Virus record (IMG/VR): IMGVR_UViG_3300033562_002506
Location: 1 to 32,277 of that record
Source: a virus
Taxonomy: Duplodnaviria > Caudoviricetes
DNA: 32,277 bases
Reading direction: 5' to 3' (one strand)
The translations under genes were made by a program, and so were the position numbers. Shown one piece after another: positions 1 through 8,530 of the stretch; the stretch's first letter is position 1, and each line of letters opens with the position of its first letter. The notes under the pieces were generated by a model. That model made no database searches and had not been told where the DNA came from. It was given only the letters and a program-made list of their open reading frames with translations.

Positions 1-3000
1 AATACCTCACCCAGCGCGGCTACGAGCTCACAGATCAAGTGCTGAAAGATTTCCGAGTTGGTTATGCCACCGAAAACAACAGCATTACCAAAGACCTCGT
101 AAAGGCCGGATACAGTTTGGAGAGCCTTGTCAAAATTGACGTTGCCAAAGAAGGTGAACACGGCCCCTACGATACCTTCCGTGACCGCCTCCAATTTCCA
201 TTCCTGGACCTGAACGGTCGCCCCACCGGTTTCTCCGGACGCATCATCAAGGCCAAAAAAGATACAGGCAAATACATCAACACTGGTGACACCCCATTGT
301 TCAGCAAGAGCCGCGCCATTTTTGGTCTATTCCAAGCCCGTGCCGAAATCAGCCGCAAGGATAACACCTACCTGGTCGAAGGTCAATTTGACGTCATGAC
401 CTTCCATCGCGAAGGCATACAGAACACCATCGCCGGATCCGGTACCGCCCTTGGCCAGGAACAAATCAAAATGATCGCCCGTTTCACCCGCAATGTCACC
501 ACCGTTTACGACAGCGACAAAGCCGGCATCAAGGCATCCATGAGAAACTGCAAGGAATTGCTGCACGCCGGCATGTCCGTTCGTTGCATCGGTCTGCCTG
601 AAGGTAAGGATCCCGACAACCTGGCATCCGAGATGGGAGAAAAAACGGAAAGCTGGCTGGCCACCAATACAACAGACTTCGTCACCTACTTTACCCACAT
701 CCTGAACGTCCATCCTCAAGATCCCATTTCCTCCAAAGAAGCCTACACCACCATTGCCGAACTCATTGCCGAAATCACCGACGAAACCCAACGCAACCAT
801 TACTCCAAAATACTATCCGGACTTTTCAACGAATCCGACGACCTATCCATAGCCCGCAAAAAAATACGCGAGCTCCGCCGCAAGTTCCCCAAGGCCATCG
901 ACGTGATGAAGCCCGGCATCTACGGCATCGACCAAATCAAAGCCACCCTTCCCGAATACGGCACCGTCACCATCACCGCCAACTTCGAACAGTTCATGGC
1001 CGAATACTCTGAGTTGCCTACCGTCTATATTCATGGCCGTGCCAAATTGGAACAGATACAGGAACTGCGCAATACTGCAGCCGCTTTCGAAGTCATCAAC
1101 GAAAAGATTGAAAAAACAATCACCGACGAAAAAACCGAAATAGTCCTGGTCAACGACCTGCTTCAAATCATCGACGGAAAAGAATCCGACTTCATGGCCT
1201 CACTGGCTGAATGCTACCGCAATGGCATCTCCGAACTACGCATCACCGACCTGATCAACTATCTAGATGCCGACCCAAAAACCGTCGAATATACCTTTCT
1301 GAACTTCTATCTTCATCAATATTCAAAGCCCATCCAGATAGACTCCATCAATCGGACCATCTACATCGAACGCTGCTTTGACATCATCAGCTTTGCATCC
1401 GACACCGAACGCGCCGTCAATTCCAAACAATATGCAGAGCTGCTTGGCCTTACTGCTGGACAATACAAAGAGATCCTTGCACCTTACATCAACAAGCGTA
1501 AAAACCGCTTAGCCTTCAACGCACAAAGCCAGGACAATATTCTAAGCCTAACCGACCCGAATGTCAAACCCGACTATGTTGAGGAGTCCAAGGAATATAC
1601 CGAGATGTACGAAAACTACGGATACTTTCCGCTGATCAACGCCAAAGGCAATCCGGTAGCCTATATGTTCAAGAACTCCAAAGGTGGCCATACCCGCGTT
1701 TCCGATTTCTACATGACGCCACTCCTTCACATCGAAGACGAGGATCCCGAACAAAACCGCCGCATTTTTCAAATCAACCGCGTACACTACCCCAACCCTT
1801 TCTACATGGAATTCAAATCAAAAACCCTGCTCAAACGCAGTTCCATGGAGGAAGTCATCATCATGCGCGAAGCCATGAACTTCGACAACGGCACCGACGA
1901 CAACTGGGTACACATCAAGAGCTGCATGTCCAGAAAATACACCACCTGCCGCCCCATCAGCCTCTACGGTCAACAGACGGAAAACTTCTACGCATTCTCC
2001 AACGCCATTTACCATGAAAAAGATGGAGTCCCCGAAATTGTCCAGGTCGATGAACTTGGTGTGGCCACTCACAACGATAAGAACTACTACCTGCCCGCCT
2101 TCTCCAAGATCTACAGTGAAGCCCGTAAGGACGACGATAAGTTCGAAGCCCTCCGCAATTTCAAGTACGTCGATATCCCTGTCGAAAAGCAATGCTCCTT
2201 CAAACATTGGGCCGAACTCATGGACCAAGTTTACCACATCAACGACAACGGTAAGTGGGCACTCATCTACGCCATCATGTGCGCCTTCCGTTCCGATATC
2301 CACTCCATCGACCGCTTCTTTACCGCCCTCTTTTTCATGGGACCAACCCAGTCCGGAAAGACACAGATCGCCGTTTCAATCCGAAGCCTATACATTTTCC
2401 CTGAGATGGGACTGTTCAACCTTTGTACCGGATCCGACGCAGCCTTCTCCACGCTCATGGGTGGCTTTAGGGACGTTCCTGTAGTGCTGGAGGAATACAA
2501 CAACAAAGATATCTCCGACATCAAATTTCAGGGCTTAAAATCCATCACCTACGACGGCGATGGCCGACAGAAACGCAAAGGCACATCCGGCAAGGAAATA
2601 GAAACCGACAAAATCTATGCACCGGTCATCATAGCCGGTCAGGAAACCCCACAGCGTGACGACAACGCCCTGATGAACCGCATCATTGTTTGCGAAGTTC
2701 CACGCATGGGAGCCTTCACCGAAGACGAACGTTCCCTGTTCAGCAAGCTCAAGGATTACGAGAAGCAAGGACTCAGCAACGTCCTGTTTGAAGTGCTCAA
2801 GCTACGCCCGCTCATCCGCAAGCATTTCTACGCCATGAAGCGCGAAATATCCAAGGAACTCTCTGCAGTGGTTCTCATCAACGAATCCAACGCCTCCGGA
2901 GATATGGTCCGCATCGTCAACACCGTCACCCTGTTCTTGGCCACACTCAAGATCATCACTGAATATGCCAAACACCTGGTGCTGCCATTTACCTACGATG

Positions 3001-3587
3001 AGTTTTTCAAACTGGCCGTCAAGAAAGTTATTTCCCAAGTCGAACTCATCAGCCATTCCGACAAGCTTTCCACCTTCTTCAAAGCCATGGGAGTCATGCT
3101 CTACACCAAGACCATCATCCCCGGACGCGACTTCAGTATCGAAGAGCCTGCCAAACTCACCATTAAGCTTCCCGGCAACGAAAAAAAGGAACTCACCATG
3201 CCTGCTGGCACCAAGGTTCTATTCCTCCGCGTCTCCAACATCCACACCCACTTTGCACGCAGTTCCTACAACACCGAGAATGCCTCGCAAACCACCATCG
3301 ACCAGAACCTACGCTCATGCCCGGCATACATCGGCGCCATCAACTCCCGCCGATTCAAATGGCGCGAAGTAAACCAGGTACCTGCAGGCGAAGTTTCCAA
3401 ACGCGAGAAGGACGATGAAACACCACTCAACATGACCATGATTCAAGTCATGAAAGAACAAGTCGAAATGGCCTCCTGCATAGCCCTCGACTACGCCACC
3501 TTCCGCAACCTGTACGATCTCGACCTCGAACGCACAGAACTCCCCGAAACCAACAACGAACCCATAACCGAAGATTTACCCTTTTAA
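1..3587 (+). CDS. dnaG: DnaG-like DNA primase (TOPRIM) fused to a C-terminal P-loop NTPase/helicase-like domain; 5'-truncated at the window edge
   Basis: The frame is open upstream of the listed GTG at 39 (YLTQRGY..., a typical DnaG YLxxRG motif). DnaG motifs: FRDRLQFP, GFSGR, KYINT, LVEGQFDV, GSGTA, YDSDKAG, LPEGKDPD. C-terminal Walker A GPTQSGKT (~2340) and Walker B VVLEE (~2481). Confidence 0.88.
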   Translation, partial: YLTQRGYELTDQVLKDFRVGYATENNSITKDLVKAGYSLESLVKIDVAKEGEHGPYDTFRDRLQFPFLDLNGRPTGFSGRIIKAKKDTGKYINTGDTPLFSKSRAIFGLFQARAEISRKDNTYLVEGQFDVMTFHREGIQNTIAGSGTALGQEQIKMIARFTRNVTTVYDSDKAGIKASMRNCKELLHAGMSVRCIGLPEGKDPDNLASEMGEKTESWLATNTTDFVTYFTHILNVHPQDPISSKEAYTTIAELIAEITDETQRNHYSKILSGLFNESDDLSIARKKIRELRRKFPKAIDVMKPGIYGIDQIKATLPEYGTVTITANFEQFMAEYSELPTVYIHGRAKLEQIQELRNTAAAFEVINEKIEKTITDEKTEIVLVNDLLQIIDGKESDFMASLAECYRNGISELRITDLINYLDADPKTVEYTFLNFYLHQYSKPIQIDSINRTIYIERCFDIISFASDTERAVNSKQYAELLGLTAGQYKEILAPYINKRKNRLAFNAQSQDNILSLTDPNVKPDYVEESKEYTEMYENYGYFPLINAKGNPVAYMFKNSKGGHTRVSDFYMTPLLHIEDEDPEQNRRIFQINRVHYPNPFYMEFKSKTLLKRSSMEEVIIMREAMNFDNGTDDNWVHIKSCMSRKYTTCRPISLYGQQTENFYAFSNAIYHEKDGVPEIVQVDELGVATHNDKNYYLPAFSKIYSEARKDDDKFEALRNFKYVDIPVEKQCSFKHWAELMDQVYHINDNGKWALIYAIMCAFRSDIHSIDRFFTALFFMGPTQSGKTQIAVSIRSLYIFPEMGLFNLCTGSDAAFSTLMGGFRDVPVVLEEYNNKDISDIKFQGLKSITYDGDGRQKRKGTSGKEIETDKIYAPVIIAGQETPQRDDNALMNRIIVCEVPRMGAFTEDERSLFSKLKDYEKQGLSNVLFEVLKLRPLIRKHFYAMKREISKELSAVVLINESNASGDMVRIVNTVTLFLATLKIITEYAKHLVLPFTYDEFFKLAVKKVISQVELISHSDKLSTFFKAMGVMLYTKTIIPGRDFSIEEPAKLTIKLPGNEKKELTMPAGTKVLFLRVSNIHTHFARSSYNTENASQTTIDQNLRSCPAYIGAINSRRFKWREVNQVPAGEVSKREKDDETPLNMTMIQVMKEQVEMASCIALDYATFRNLYDLDLERTELPETNNEPITEDLPF

Positions 3588-3599
3588 AACCTACACACA

Positions 3600-4031
3600 A
3601 TGAACGACTTTTCAACCCTCGAAAACATCCTCACCAACCCTCGCTTCCCAATCGAAGTCGACCTCTATCTGTCTCAAATGTCCCTTCACCGCGACGAAGC
3701 CCTTCAAAAGGCCAACGATGAAAACTTCAAGAACAAAAGCCTGGTACCCGCCAAACTCAAACGCGGTCCCTACAACGTTCTGGAATCCCGCAAACTCCTC
3801 GACTCATCCACCCTCATCCCTGAGTTTCGCAAAGTAGTGGACAAAACCACCACCCTCTCATCCAACGTCCGAGACTTCATTTCCGAAATCATGCGCATCT
3901 CCGCCCAACACATGATCATCTACTACCACACCCAAGCCGATGCCCTCGCCAAATCCGAAGCTGCAGCTGCAGCAATACCCAAGAAACCCCGCGCCAAGAA
4001 AACCACAACCCTTAAAATCAAAGAATCATGA
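3600..4031 (+). CDS. hypothetical phage protein (basic C-terminal tail)
   Basis: 143-aa ORF starting 12 nt after the primase stop, same C-rich codon usage, ATGA overlap with the next gene. Confidence 0.7.
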   Translation: MNDFSTLENILTNPRFPIEVDLYLSQMSLHRDEALQKANDENFKNKSLVPAKLKRGPYNVLESRKLLDSSTLIPEFRKVVDKTTTLSSNVRDFISEIMRISAQHMIIYYHTQADALAKSEAAAAAIPKKPRAKKTTTLKIKES

Positions 4032-4474
4032 TACTCGGATTCAAAACCCAAATAGAAGGCAATCCCACCTTCTTCGTCGAAAAAATAAGAGCCTGCGTTT
4101 CCCCCATCAACGAAAAGACCTGGACACCCAAGATCCACACCATTCGCAAAGGCAATCGTTGGAAAGCCGGCATAAAGATGCAACTGGCCATCGGCGTCAG
4201 AACCAAGGATTATTACCAGTTCAATACCGGAGAATACGCTGCACTCGATCATTGTGTATCTGTCCAACATATTCAAATTGATAATAATTCAAGAGTTGGA
4301 AAAAGGATTTTTGTTGAAGACGATACTGACAACATTTTTCCTAAGCGACTCTCTGAAAGTGAAATCGAACAGCTTGCTATCAATGACGGATTCAATTCTG
4401 TAGATGCATTCTGGAATTGGTTTTCTGTAAGCTTCATTGGCCAGATCATTCACTTCACCGATTTCCGCTACTAG
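4028..4474 (+). CDS. ASCH/PUA-like domain protein
   Basis: KIHTIR..RWKAG..QL..G.RT and LAINDGF.S..AF..WF motifs resemble phage ASCH-superfamily proteins; coupled to the upstream gene. Confidence 0.6.
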   Translation: MILGFKTQIEGNPTFFVEKIRACVSPINEKTWTPKIHTIRKGNRWKAGIKMQLAIGVRTKDYYQFNTGEYAALDHCVSVQHIQIDNNSRVGKRIFVEDDTDNIFPKRLSESEIEQLAINDGFNSVDAFWNWFSVSFIGQIIHFTDFRY

Positions 4475-4476
4475 CC

Positions 4477-4680
4477 ATGACCTGCCCAATTGACGGATCC
4501 ACAATGCAGAGAAAGCGCACCACCAAGGAGAGCCAATCAACACCTGACTTATTCATGTATTACTGCACATGCTGCCCTTACGCTACCATTGGCGAAACCA
4601 GACATGACAAGGCGGTAAGAACCGGAAAACGATCAAAATCTTACGATAATAAACAACCTTTTAACCAACCATTATTATGA
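4477..4680 (+). CDS. small putative Zn-ribbon protein (67 aa)
   Basis: ATG at 4477, 2 nt after the previous stop; CPxD...CTCC pattern; ATGA overlap with 4677. Confidence 0.5.
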   Translation: MTCPIDGSTMQRKRTTKESQSTPDLFMYYCTCCPYATIGETRHDKAVRTGKRSKSYDNKQPFNQPLL

Positions 4681-5156
4681 AAAAAGAAAACGTATCCCTT
4701 TCACTTGAGCTTGCAAAAGTTCTGTACAAAACCGCCTCTCCGGAAGCCAAGAAAGAACTCGAAGTTCTGTTCGGCAAGGAAGCCCTGTCTGCACCGTTCA
4801 TCGAACGCGTCACCTGCATCGAAGACTGCTTTGAGGAAGCCGAACTCCCGAACGTTGACGACCTCTCCGAAATCCCTGAAGAATTCCACGAATGGCTTAT
4901 TGGCATCTATCGTGGCGCAGTCGTAGCCAAAGCATTCAACGGATCTGAACGCTTGAGTATGAGAAACCCCGACCAAAAACGCTACCAGGCATGGCTTAGG
5001 TGCTCCCCGTCCGGGTTCTCGTTCGACGCTACGGGTTACAGCGTTTCGAATGCGCTTGCGGGCGACGCCTCCCGCCTTTTGTTCCTGGACGCAGCGTCCG
5101 CGAAGAAAGCTTTTGAAATAGCTCCCCAAGTTTACGAAACCATCGCTAACCAATAA
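4677..5156 (+). CDS. DGR target protein 1 (159 aa, contains VR1)
   Basis: Contains an in-frame near-copy of the TR at 4998-5078; paralogous to 5185-5553; no signal peptide or TM segment visible. Confidence 0.88.
   Translation: MKKENVSLSLELAKVLYKTASPEAKKELEVLFGKEALSAPFIERVTCIEDCFEEAELPNVDDLSEIPEEFHEWLIGIYRGAVVAKAFNGSERLSMRNPDQKRYQAWLRCSPSGFSFDATGYSVSNALAGDASRLLFLDAASAKKAFEIAPQVYETIANQ
4998..5078 (+). repeat. DGR variable region VR1
   Basis: 81 nt aligned ungapped to TR 5576-5656 with 12 mismatches: 11 at TR adenines and 1 synonymous T>G (CCT>CCG). Confidence 0.92.
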
Positions 5157-5184
5157 TCGCCGAAAGGCACAACACAAACCCATC

Positions 5185-5553
5185 ATGAAAAAAGACTTTT
5201 TAAAAATCACAACATTCGAAGAAATTCTTCAAGTAACCGGTCGTCCAGCAGTCCCCGAATTCAATGAACTGCCGGAAGATCTTCGCGCTCAGCATCAGAA
5301 CCACTACATGCAAATCTGCATTGCCGAAGCCGCCAACGACGGTGTCAAACTCGACTGGAACAATCCCAATCAAAAGAAGTACGTTCCATACTTTTGGTGC
5401 TCCCCTTCCGGGTTCTCGTTCCACGGTACGAATTACAACGCTTCGGATGCGAATGCGGGCGACGCCTCCCGCCTTTGTTTCGTCAAACGCGAACACGCAG
5501 CACACGCGGGCATCACCTTCCTCCCGATTTACAGCGACGCTTTGACAAAATAA
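5185..5553 (+). CDS. DGR target protein 2 (122 aa, contains VR2)
   Basis: Contains an in-frame near-copy of the TR at 5395-5478; paralog of target 1 (ITTFEE vs VTCIED, NPNQKKY vs NPDQKRY). Confidence 0.9.
   Translation: MKKDFLKITTFEEILQVTGRPAVPEFNELPEDLRAQHQNHYMQICIAEAANDGVKLDWNNPNQKKYVPYFWCSPSGFSFHGTNYNASDANAGDASRLCFVKREHAAHAGITFLPIYSDALTK
5395..5478 (+). repeat. DGR variable region VR2
   Basis: 84 nt aligned ungapped to TR 5576-5659 with 8 mismatches, all at TR adenines. Confidence 0.95.
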
Positions 5554-5575
5554 GTCAACCGGCTGTTTGCCTTTG

Positions 5576-5659
5576 AGGTGCTCCCCTTCCGGGTTCTCGT
5601 TCAACGATACGAATTACAACGATTCGAATGCGAATGCGGGCGACACCTCCCACCTATGT
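5576..5659 (+). repeat. DGR template repeat (TR)
   Basis: Intergenic, AAC/AAT-rich copy (19 adenines) of both VRs, located ~100 nt upstream of the RT; mismatches to the VRs are almost exclusively at its adenines. Confidence 0.95.
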
Positions 5660-5760
5660 GAAAAGAAATTCAAAGGCAAAGACCATGCCCCTCGGCAAAA
5701 GACAAATCATTCAAAAGGTGCTGGTAGCGAAAGCGAACGCTCCGAATAGAAAACAAAGCA

Positions 5761-6747
5761 ATGAAACGAGTCACCAATCTTTACGATACCATCTGCAGTC
5801 TTGAGAACCTTCGTCTGGCCTACCACAAGGCCAGACAAGGCAAGGCTAAAACCTACGGCGTCCGGATCTTCGATAAGGCAGCCGAACCCAATCTGCAGCA
5901 GCTGCACGCAGATCTCACGCAGGGCACCTACCGCACATCCGAATACAGCATCTTCACCATCTTCGAACCCAAGGAACGCATCATCTACCGCCTCCCGTTC
6001 CGGGACCGCGTAGTGCATCACGCCATCATGAATGTCCTGGAGAATATTTGGGTACCAATCTTCATCAACAATACCTACGCATGCATTAAAGGTCGTGGCA
6101 TCCACGGCGCACTTAAACACCTCAAGCGCGACCTGAAGGATGTGACCGGTACCCAGTATTGTCTCAAGATGGATATCCGTAAGTTCTACCCAACCATCGA
6201 CCACTCCATTCTAAAAACCATCATCCGGAAGAAGATCAAAGATGAACGCCTACTCATCCTGCTCGACGAGATTATTGACTCAGCACCAGGCATTCCGATC
6301 GGCAACTATCTGTCTCAGTTCTTCGCCAATTTGTACCTCTCGTATTACGATCATTGGCTCAAGGAAGAGTTGCAAGTTCGATACTACTACCGGTACGCCG
6401 ACGACATGGTAATCCTCCACCAGGATAAACAATACCTCCATGATTTGTTGGCCGAAATCAATACGTATCTAACCGTGGAACTAAACCTTCAGCTGAAGCG
6501 CAACTACCAGGTCTTTCCGGTCAATATCCGAGGCATTGACTTTGTTGGGTACGTTTTCTTTCACACGCACATCCTCATGCGCAAATCGATTAAAAAGCGC
6601 TTTTGTCGCCGTGCTGCCAAAATCAACAAACTCACTCTGGATCCATCCGATTACAAACAACGCATTGCCTCCTGGCTCGGCTGGGCCAAGCACTGCAATT
6701 CAAAAAACCTTATCAATACCATTCTTGACCATGAGAAAATTTTCTGA
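5761..6747 (+). CDS. DGR reverse transcriptase
   Basis: 328 aa; PKERII..LPFRDRVVHHA, YACIKGRG.H, LKMDIRKFYPTIDH, GIPIGNYLSQFFAN (DGR-type SQ), catalytic YYRYADD, GIDFVGY; no maturase or endonuclease extension. Confidence 0.95.
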   Translation: MKRVTNLYDTICSLENLRLAYHKARQGKAKTYGVRIFDKAAEPNLQQLHADLTQGTYRTSEYSIFTIFEPKERIIYRLPFRDRVVHHAIMNVLENIWVPIFINNTYACIKGRGIHGALKHLKRDLKDVTGTQYCLKMDIRKFYPTIDHSILKTIIRKKIKDERLLILLDEIIDSAPGIPIGNYLSQFFANLYLSYYDHWLKEELQVRYYYRYADDMVILHQDKQYLHDLLAEINTYLTVELNLQLKRNYQVFPVNIRGIDFVGYVFFHTHILMRKSIKKRFCRRAAKINKLTLDPSDYKQRIASWLGWAKHCNSKNLINTILDHEKIF

Positions 6748-7042
6748 ACTCAATATCAAACCAAAAGACGAAGTCAAAAAGTTCAATGTCCCCACCGCTT
6801 CTATCCAGGAGCTTGTTAATTGTGAAATAGAAGTGAGCGATTTTGTCGGAAACATTACAACACCCCACGGAACCGATCGATACATCATCCTGTTCAACCT
6901 TTCCGGAGTTGCCCGCAAATTTTTCACCAACTCCTCCCAAATAAAGAACGCCCTCGACCAATGCCACCCCGAAGACCTACCCTTCACCACCATTGTCAAG
7001 GTCATCAGCTTCGGTACCGGCAGAACATACGAATTCACTTAA
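6731..7042 (+). CDS. small hypothetical protein overlapping the RT 3' end (103 aa); candidate DGR accessory factor
   Basis: ATG at 6731 (MRKFSELNIKP...), 17-nt overlap with the RT; the longer ORF-track start at 6536 lies deep inside the RT and is unlikely. Confidence 0.72.
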   Translation: MRKFSELNIKPKDEVKKFNVPTASIQELVNCEIEVSDFVGNITTPHGTDRYIILFNLSGVARKFFTNSSQIKNALDQCHPEDLPFTTIVKVISFGTGRTYEFT

Positions 7043-7054
7043 TTCGAAGTTTTT

Positions 7055-7930
7055 ATGCAAACAGTCAATAGCCTCTCCGGAGGAAAAACTTCATCCTATA
7101 TCGCCATGAATTATCCAGCAGACATCGAGATATTCGCTCTCTGTTGTATTGATTGCCATAATGCAGGTAAGAACATTGACAAAGCAATGAAGCAGAAGGT
7201 TAATGATAAGCTTCAGAAGTATAGTTCTCATTGGCCGGAGTTCGTAGCCACATCCGAAGACCCCAAGATATTGAAGGTGATGTTTGACCTGGAACAAATG
7301 ATAGGTCATGAAATTGTATGGGTTCGTGGAATGGGATGGGAACAGATGCTTACAATGAAATCCGCGATCCCGAATATGGCCAAACGTTTCTGTACCACAA
7401 TCCTGAAAATGCAACCAATTTTTGAACACTTATTTCTATATTCTGAATTGCCGGTTAGAATGAGAATAGGCTATCGTTTTGATGAGATGGAACGCGCTGA
7501 TCACTTTGATTCACATTATAAGAACGCCCAAAGTTGCCAATATCGCCCCAATTCAAATACGTGGATTCATCGTTGGACTGACACCCTTTGGAGGGTTGGA
7601 GAGTTTCCCCTTATCGACGACCGAATCACACACTATCAGATCATGAAGTATTGGGAGCATAGCAACCTTGATTTTCCGCAAGACTCCAATTGTCTTAATT
7701 GTTTCTGGAAACGTCCAGAACAGCTCCGTAAGAACTTCGATACAGAAAACGCTATTATGCAATGGTCTAAGATTCAGGAAGACCTCAGCGTCCGTTTTAC
7801 AAAAAAACACGATAGGTTCTATACATTCAAGGATGACTTGAGTCTCACACAAATTGAACGAATGAACATTCAATCAGAATTCGTGTTTGGGACCGGTTCC
7901 GGATGCCAGGCAGGTTTTTGTACAGATTAG
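7055..7930 (+). CDS. PP-loop / PAPS-reductase-like (adenine nucleotide alpha-hydrolase) protein, Cys-rich
   Basis: N-terminal SLSGGKTS PP-loop, RFCT..LK, IGYRFDE..R, NCLNCFWK, C-terminal GCQAGFC. Confidence 0.75.
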   Translation: MQTVNSLSGGKTSSYIAMNYPADIEIFALCCIDCHNAGKNIDKAMKQKVNDKLQKYSSHWPEFVATSEDPKILKVMFDLEQMIGHEIVWVRGMGWEQMLTMKSAIPNMAKRFCTTILKMQPIFEHLFLYSELPVRMRIGYRFDEMERADHFDSHYKNAQSCQYRPNSNTWIHRWTDTLWRVGEFPLIDDRITHYQIMKYWEHSNLDFPQDSNCLNCFWKRPEQLRKNFDTENAIMQWSKIQEDLSVRFTKKHDRFYTFKDDLSLTQIERMNIQSEFVFGTGSGCQAGFCTD

Positions 7931-7956
7931 TGCACCCTACATTTCCAACATTAAAG

Positions 7957-7997
7957 ATAGAGCCACCAGCATCCCGCTAGGTGGCTCTATTGTTTTC
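7957..7997 (+). terminator. intrinsic terminator ending the early/DGR operon
   Basis: ATAGAGCCACC (7957-7967) pairs with GGTGGCTCTAT (7980-7990), followed by TGTTTT. Confidence 0.7.
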
Positions 7998-8163
7998 CAC
8001 CGCCAGGTCATTTCAACATTTCCACCGTCAGGTGTATCCTTTATTTTCTCCTTTTTTCATTCTGTAGAACCCTTCCAAAAAATTTCCCCCGAACCCCCAA
8101 TTTTACAATAAGAGGCTAAAAGTAAATAATGTTGTTTTTTGCATTCCAAAAATACAAAACTAC

Positions 8164-8472
8164 CGTCATACAGTCATACAGTCATACAAGTAATATAATT
8201 TTTTAAAAAGTTATTATATATATAGCAGGTAATCAGGCAAATATGCCGATTCTTTTTTTTCTCATTTTTTGTATGACTGTAGGTTTCTGTATGACGCTGT
8301 ATGACGGAGTAAAATGCACCCTTTCAGAGATTTAAAAACCTGCGTCATACAAAAAACCCATTTGTATGACGTGTATGACGCCATTTCTACACTTTTTTGC
8401 AAAAAATATTTTGCTATGTCGCAAATAATCAGTAACTTAATATTACTTGTATGACTGTATGACTGTATGACG
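8164..8472. repeat. iteron-like array within a 33-bp inverted repeat; putative replication origin
   Basis: GTCATACA at 8165, 8173, 8181, 8344 and its reverse complement TGTATGAC at 8270, 8288, 8298, 8363, 8372, 8448, 8456, 8464; perfect IR 8164-8196/8440-8472; AT-rich tracts; non-coding. Confidence 0.8.
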
Positions 8473-8530
8473 CACATATAAGCACTCCGACCTAAAAAAA
8501 AATAAAAACACACAAAAAACCATCAAAACA

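Larger units (their letters stand above)
4677..7042 (+). mobile_element. diversity-generating retroelement cassette (target1-target2-TR-RT-small ORF)
   Basis: TR/VR adenine-specific mismatches plus an adjacent DGR-type RT. Confidence 0.93.

Noticed and set aside
5567-5749. 60-aa ORF resembling the target C-termini (third paralog or pseudogene)
   Set aside because: It is the translation of the TR: TTG start, Asn-rich AAY codons, and similarity limited to the 84-bp repeat.
5761-6747. Group II intron or retron RT
   Set aside because: Short RT with the IGNYLSQ motif, no maturase/HNH extension and no retron VTG motif; the adjacent TR/VR pairs identify it as a DGR RT.
8164-8472. CRISPR array or MITE/IS ends
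   Set aside because: Repeats are 8-mers in both orientations without regular unique spacers; no cas or transposase gene and no obvious target-site duplication.
8262-8513. 83-aa minus-strand ORF over the iteron array
   Set aside because: Repeat-derived and low complexity; the region is better explained as non-coding.
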